From positions 1-25,028 of the forward strand of contig JBKPAK010000239.1 in the NCBI GenBank assembly GCA_046726415.1: a stretch of DNA of 25,028 nt, written 5' to 3'. This DNA comes from Candidatus Methylomirabilota bacterium (GTDB lineage Bacteria; Methylomirabilota; Methylomirabilia; Rokubacteriales; CSP1-6). Positions 24,181-25,028 of this stretch are shown piece after piece (position 1 is the stretch's first letter; every line of letters begins with the position of its first letter). The position numbers were made by a program, and so were the translations under genes. Below the pieces are notes generated by a model. It was given only the letters and a program-made list of their open reading frames with translations. It was not told where the DNA came from and did not search any database.

Positions 24181-24975
24181 TCAGCTGCGGGTGATCCGGG
24201 TGAGGCCGGGCAACCGGCCGAGCACGTTACCCGTCACCCCACCATCGACGATCAGGTCGTGCCCGGTGATGTAGCGCGCGTCGGGTCCAAGCAGGAACGC
24301 AATGACGTCCGCCATATCCTCGGGGGTCGCCACGCGTCCGAGCGGGACGAGGGCGGCGCGCTCAGCGGCGAGACGCTCGTCGGCGTAGACGGCTGCGGTC
24401 ATGCCCGTGCGGACCATGCCCGGTGATACCGTGTTCGCGCGGATGCCATCGGGGCCGAACTCCTGGGCCAGGACCTTCACCAGCATGATGAGCGCCGCCT
24501 TGCTCGGCCCGTATGGCCCGAGGTTGGCGTGGGCCTCCGAGCCCGACATGGAGGCCACGGCCACGATGGCCCCGCCCGACGCCTTGAGTGGGGCGTAGGC
24601 GGCCTGCGCCAGCAGCCACGTGGCGCGCGTGTTCACCGCGAACACGCGGTCCCAGTCGTCGACGGCGTAGCCCACCAACCGCCCCGGTCGATTGATGCCC
24701 GCGTTGCTGACCAGAGCGTCGAGACCGCCAAAGTGCTCCACCGCCGCGTTCACCATCCGCTCCGGGACCTGGGGATCGCCCATGTCGCCGTGCAGCGAGA
24801 GCGCTTCGCCGCCGAGGGCTTTCAGTTCCGCCGCGACCTTCGCCAGGTCCTGCGACTGTGGAAGGTCGACGGCGGCGATCTGTGCTAATCGCCCTTGGAT
24901 CTGCGCGTCGCGCGCCAGTCGGAGAACCGTTGCTCGTCCGATTCCGCTCGCTGCTCCCGTCACCAAGACACGCAT
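24181..24975 (-). CDS. SDR family oxidoreductase
   Basis: TGAASGIG, NAG, YGPSK (YxxxK), VSPG, YITGHDLIVDGG. Confidence 0.95.
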   Translation of the reverse strand: MRVLVTGAASGIGRATVLRLARDAQIQGRLAQIAAVDLPQSQDLAKVAAELKALGGEALSLHGDMGDPQVPERMVNAAVEHFGGLDALVSNAGINRPGRLVGYAVDDWDRVFAVNTRATWLLAQAAYAPLKASGGAIVAVASMSGSEAHANLGPYGPSKAALIMLVKVLAQEFGPDGIRANTVSPGMVRTGMTAAVYADERLAAERAALVPLGRVATPEDMADVIAFLLGPDARYITGHDLIVDGGVTGNVLGRLPGLTRITRS

Positions 24976-25028
24976 GGAAGGGACCTCGACGTCGAGACTC
25001 TCGCGACCGAGCCGCGCCAGCGGCCCCG

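Overview
High-GC bacterial chromosomal window. The gene style resembles Ca. Rokubacteria/Methylomirabilota, but that is an impression, not a tested assignment. No rRNA, tRNA, CRISPR array, integrase or transposase was recognised. The left part (1-8 kb) holds small stress/detox genes (MarR, DoxX, EVE, MocR-type regulator, FMN reductase, VOC, EamA) interleaved with several gene remnants. The middle (8-15.5 kb) holds cspA with a terminator-containing leader, a signal-peptide-bearing peroxiredoxin split by an in-frame UGA at the catalytic position (probable selenoprotein), a RidA/solute-binding/VOC/ferritin-like diiron run, and a small basic protein combining a coiled coil, a classical C2H2 zinc finger and an Arg-rich helix. 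The right part (15.6-25 kb) is a catabolic cluster: Rieske oxygenase with a translationally coupled HicB-like gene, PIG-L deacetylase, carbohydrate-type ABC permeases plus a Tat-exported binding protein, Zn-ADH, LLM/F420-type oxidoreductase and SDR. Best candidates for new biology are the zinc-finger nucleoid-protein-like gene, the exported 1-Sec peroxiredoxin, a self-closing ~155 nt structured RNA ahead of two small helix-turn-helix-like genes, and the Rieske-coupled orphan HicB-like protein. Several frameshifts look like single-base losses in short runs and may be assembly errors. All family calls come from motif recognition by eye; no searches were run.
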